From NCBI RefSeq assembly GCF_009914755.1, contig NC_060948.1: a stretch of 64,000 nucleotides of DNA; one strand, 5' to 3'. The number at the start of each line of letters is the position of its first letter. Position 1 is the first letter of the stretch. Source of the stretch: the human T2T-CHM13v2.0 reference genome, Homo sapiens. This document shows positions 58,895-64,000 of this stretch, in pieces. The position numbers and the translations under genes are program-made. The notes under the pieces are model-generated. The model searched no databases and was not told the origin of the DNA. It saw nothing but the letters and a program-made list of their open reading frames with translations.

Positions 58895-61015
58895 AGATCC
58901 ATATTTTTTAAATGAAAAAAAATTTCAAAGGTACTCTGCTTGGTACAATAATCAAATGTATAAACTGAGGAATAAAACATAACCATGAAACCTACTTATA
59001 ACTGCATATGGAAAATACAGAGGATAATTTTTTAAATAACATATTTTGAAAGCCTTAACTAGTAATTTGAAGAGTTGGCATTTGAAAGGCCAGTATGAAT
59101 ATACCTTCAAAGCAGCAACACAGGTTCCCCATGAGAAAAAGCAAACACAGGGAAAATAAAAACACAAAGGTTCAATCTCTTCTGACCTTTGAAAGACACA
59201 GCACAGACAGTGGTCCTTAGGACGAAGAGCAGGAGACCCCTAATTCCGTCACCATGGCGATAGGGCATAAACATTGCTGGGTGAGGGCACAATCCACATT
59301 GTGAGGTCCAACTGCTGCCAGGAAGACAGGAGTGCTTTTACATAGACCGAAAGGTCATTGAAGGCTCAGAGTTTTGTTTCAAGAACTGAATCCCAAGCCC
59401 ACACGTTATTAGGCTGTGCTTCTTAAAACAAGTTATGAGATGGGAAAAAGGGCACCCACAAACATACGTATACATTATGTATATAATAATATACAGTATC
59501 ATATATATAATATATATAACCTATGTATAATATTGTTTTACATCCTGCATCTTATGTTATATATATTGTATAAAATATAATAATTGATAATATATAAGTT
59601 TTATAATTATACAATATGACATATAGTATATATTATAATTTATGACATATATAATATATGTTATATATCATATATAGAATATATTATACGGTTAATATAC
59701 GTATTAAATATAAATTATACATTATATATATTATATATAATATATCTGTTATATATAATACCCATTATGCATAATATATATATTATGTCTATGTTATATA
59801 TAGTATAAAACAACATATAATAATATATAATTGTATATATAAAATGCGACATATAATATATATTATATTTTATAACATATGTAATATATATTATATATAA
59901 TACGTTGTATGTATAATACCTATATTAAATATATATTATATGACTATGTTATTAATTACATGTCACATGTGTTATATATTATATATTTTACATAGAATAT
60001 ACCGGTTACATACAATATATACTATGTTACCTATAATGTATAATTTATTACATGTAAAATAAAGAATGCAATATATTATGTATAATTTATAATATACAAT
60101 ATGTGGAATGTGATATATATAACATATAATGTATGATATATGATATACAGTATATGATATATAACATACAATATATGATTCCTAATATATATGGTATACA
60201 ATATATATTTTATGATATGTATTCTATATGTTTTATATTCTGTTATATATAACTATTTGAAATTATATATAACTGTATAATATTTTATGTAAATATGTAA
60301 TATAATATATATAACTATATAATATATTATATATAACTATATATTATGTTATATATACTTTTATAACATAATTTACATAAAATATCATAATATAATATAT
60401 ATTATATTATTTCATATTACATAATATATATTACATATCACCCAATATAACTAACATACATAATATTATAATATAGATTATATTGTGTTATACTAAATAT
60501 CATATATATCATGTATCATATATTCTATAATATATATTACACATTATATAATATGTATGTTGTCTATTATGTGATATATATAACTCTATATATAATTATA
60601 TTTTTATACATATAACTAGATAAACATGTAATTCTACATATTTTCATTTATAATATGTAGAATTATATAATCATATATAATTATTTATATTCTATAAAAA
60701 ATTTTATCATTATATAAATTATAATATATAAAAATTATAATATGTACTACAAATATATATATTATATATCATATATGATATAGTACCTTTGTTATATATC
60801 ATAATACATATAAATGTGTATTATGTTATCTATAATTATATAATTTCATGTATAAGATGTATAATATGTATCATATATTATATATGTTATGTAATATATA
60901 TAGTATATATAAGATGACACAGGATAAATATTATATACTATGACATATAAAATATATGAGGTTATATGTTACATATAAGGCATAGCACATAACATGTAAT
61001 ATATACCATATATAA

Positions 61016-61307
61016 TTTTTTTTTAGACAGAATCTTGTCCTGTTGCACAGGGTGGGGTACAATGGCGCCATCTTTGCTCACTGCAACTTCTGCCTCACGG
61101 GTCCAAGCGATTGTCCTCCCTCAGCCTCCCAGGTAGCTGGGACTACACCACACTGGGACTACACCAGCTGCCACCATGCCTAGCTAATTTTTTGGATTTT
61201 TAGTAGTGACAGCCTTTCACTGTATTGGCCAGGATGGTCTTGATCTCTTCACCTTGTGATCCCCTTGCCTTGGCCTCCAAATTTGCTGGGATTACAGGCC
61301 TGAGCCA
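61016..61307 (-). mobile_element. Alu copy (unit 26)
   Basis: Near-identical to the unit 1 Alu. Confidence 0.93.
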
Positions 61308-63435
61308 AGATCCATATTTTTTAAATGAAAAAAAATTTCAAAGGTACTCTGCTTGGTACAATAATCAAATGTATAAACTGAGGAATAAAACATAACCATG
61401 AAACCTGCTTATAACTGCATATGGAAAATACAGAGGATAATTTTTTAAATAACATATTTTGAAAGCCTTAACTAGTAATTTGAAGAGTTGGCATTTGAAA
61501 GGCCAGTATGAATATACCTTCAAAGCAGCAACACAGGTTCCCCATGAGAAAAAGCAAACACAGGGAAAATAAAAACACAAAGGTTCAATCTCTTCTGACC
61601 TTTGAAAGACACAGCACAGACAGTGGTCCTTAGGACGAAGAGCAGGAGACCCCTAATTCCGTCACCATGGCGATAGGGCATAAACATTGCTGGGTGAGGG
61701 CACAATCCACATTGTGAGGTCCAACTGCTGCCAGGAAGACAGGAGTGCTTTTACATAGACCGAAAGGTCATTGAAGGCTCAGAGTTTTGTTTCAAGAACT
61801 GAATCCCAAGCCCACACGTTATTAGGCTGCGCTTCTTAAAACAAGTTATGAGATGGGAAAAAGGGCACCCACAAACATACGTATACATTATGTATATAAT
61901 AATATACAGTATCATATATATAATATATATAACCTATGTATAATATTGTTTTACATCCTGCATCTTATGTTATATATATTGTATAAAATATAATAATTGA
62001 TAATATATAAGTTTTATAATTCTACAATATGACATATAGTATATATTATAATTTATGACATATATAATATATGTTATATGTCATATATAGAATATATTAT
62101 ACGGTTAATATACGTATTAAATATAAATTGTACATTATATATATTATATATAATATATCTGTTATATATAATACCCATTATGCATAATATATATATTATG
62201 TCTATGTTATATATAGTATAAAACAACATATAATAATATATAATTGTATATATAAAATGCGACATATAATATATATTATATTTTATAACATATGTAATAT
62301 ATATTATATATTATATATAATATGTTGTATGTATAATACCTATATGAAATATATATTATATGACTATGTTATTAATTACATGTCACATGTGTTATATATT
62401 ATATATTTTACATAGAATATACCGGTTACATACAATATATACTATGTTACCTATAATGTATAATTTATTACATGTAAAATAAAGAATGCAATATATTATG
62501 TATAATTTATAATATACAATATGTGGAATGTGATATATATAACATATAATATATGATATATGATATACAGTATATGATATATAACATACAATATATGATT
62601 CCTAATATATATGGTATACAATATATATTTTATATTATGTATTCTATATGATTTATATTCTGTTATATATAACTATTTGAAATTATATATAACTGTATAA
62701 TATTTTATGTAAATATGTAATATAATATATATAACTATATAATATATTATATATAACTATATATTATGTAATATATACTTTTATAACATAATTTACATAA
62801 AATATCATAATATAATATATATTATATTATTTCATATTACATAATATATATTACATATCACCCAATATAACAAACATACATAATATTATAATATAGATTA
62901 TATTGTGTTATATTAAATATCATATATATCATGTATCATATATTCTATAATATATATTACACATTATATAATATGTATGTTGTCTATTATGTGATATATA
63001 TAACTCTATATATAATTATATTTTTATACATATATCTAGATAAACATGTAATTCTACATATTTTCATTTATAATATGTAGAATTATATAATCATATATAA
63101 TTATTTATATTCTATAAAAAATTTTATCATTATATAAATTATAATATATAAAAATTATAATATGTACTACAAATATATATATTATATATCATATATGATA
63201 TAGTACCTTTGTTATATATCATAATACATATAAATGTGTATTATGTTATCTATAATTATATAATTTCATATATAAGATGTATAATATGTATCACATATTA
63301 TATATGTTATGTAATATATATAGTATATATAAGATGACACAGGATAAATATTATATACTATGACATATAAAATATATGAGGTTATATGTTACATATAAGG
63401 CATAGCACATAACATGTAATATATACCATATATAA

Positions 63436-63727
63436 TTTTTTTTTAGACAGAATCTTGTCCTGTTGCACAGGGTGGGGTACAATGGCGCCATCTTTGCTCA
63501 CTGCAACTTCTGCCTCACGGGTCCAAGCGATTGTCCTCCCTCAGCCTCCCAGGTAGCTGGGACTACACCACACTGGGACTACACCAGCTGCCACCATGCC
63601 TAGCTAATTTTTTGGATTTTTAGTAGTGACAGCCTTTCACTGTATTGGCCAGGATGGTCTTGATCTCTTCACCTTGTGATCCCCTTGCCTTGGCCTCCAA
63701 ATTTGCTGGGATTACAGGCCTGAGCCA
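63436..63727 (-). mobile_element. Alu copy (unit 27)
   Basis: Near-identical to the unit 1 Alu. Confidence 0.93.
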
Positions 63728-64000
63728 AGATCCATATTTTTTAAATGAAAAAAAATTTCAAAGGTACTCTGCTTGGTACAATAATCAAATGTATAAACTG
63801 AGGAATAAAACATAACCATGAAACCTGCTTATAACTGCATATGGAAAATACAGAGGATAATTTTTTAAATAACATATTTTGAAAGCCTTAACTAGTAATT
63901 TGAAGAGTTGGCATTTGAAAGGCCAGTATGAATATACCTTCAAAGCAGCAACACAGGTTCCCCATGAGAAAAAGCAAACACAGGGAAAATAAAAACACAA

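Overview
The whole 64 kb window is one uninterrupted head-to-tail tandem array of about 26.5 copies of a ~2.42 kb unit (periods of 2413-2421 bp, all in the same orientation). Each unit has three parts: a decayed, 5'-clipped Alu of ~290 bp on the minus strand, a ~575 bp non-repetitive segment (HSATI-like), and a ~1.55 kb very AT-rich degenerate (TA)n-like tract. This architecture, the unit length and the predicted 2142 bp HaeIII fragment match the human DYZ2/HSat1B satellite, whose large arrays lie in Yq12 heterochromatin. I see no genes: all ORF-track entries are short recurrent by-products of the repeat. I found no support for a new biological system. The real signal is the internal evolutionary structure of the array: a switch between two unit subfamilies at ~15-21 kb, two 2-unit (~4.84 kb) duplications, a recurrent 7 bp deletion and long-range sharing of rare variants. 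All comparisons were made by eye, so the variant lists are incomplete.
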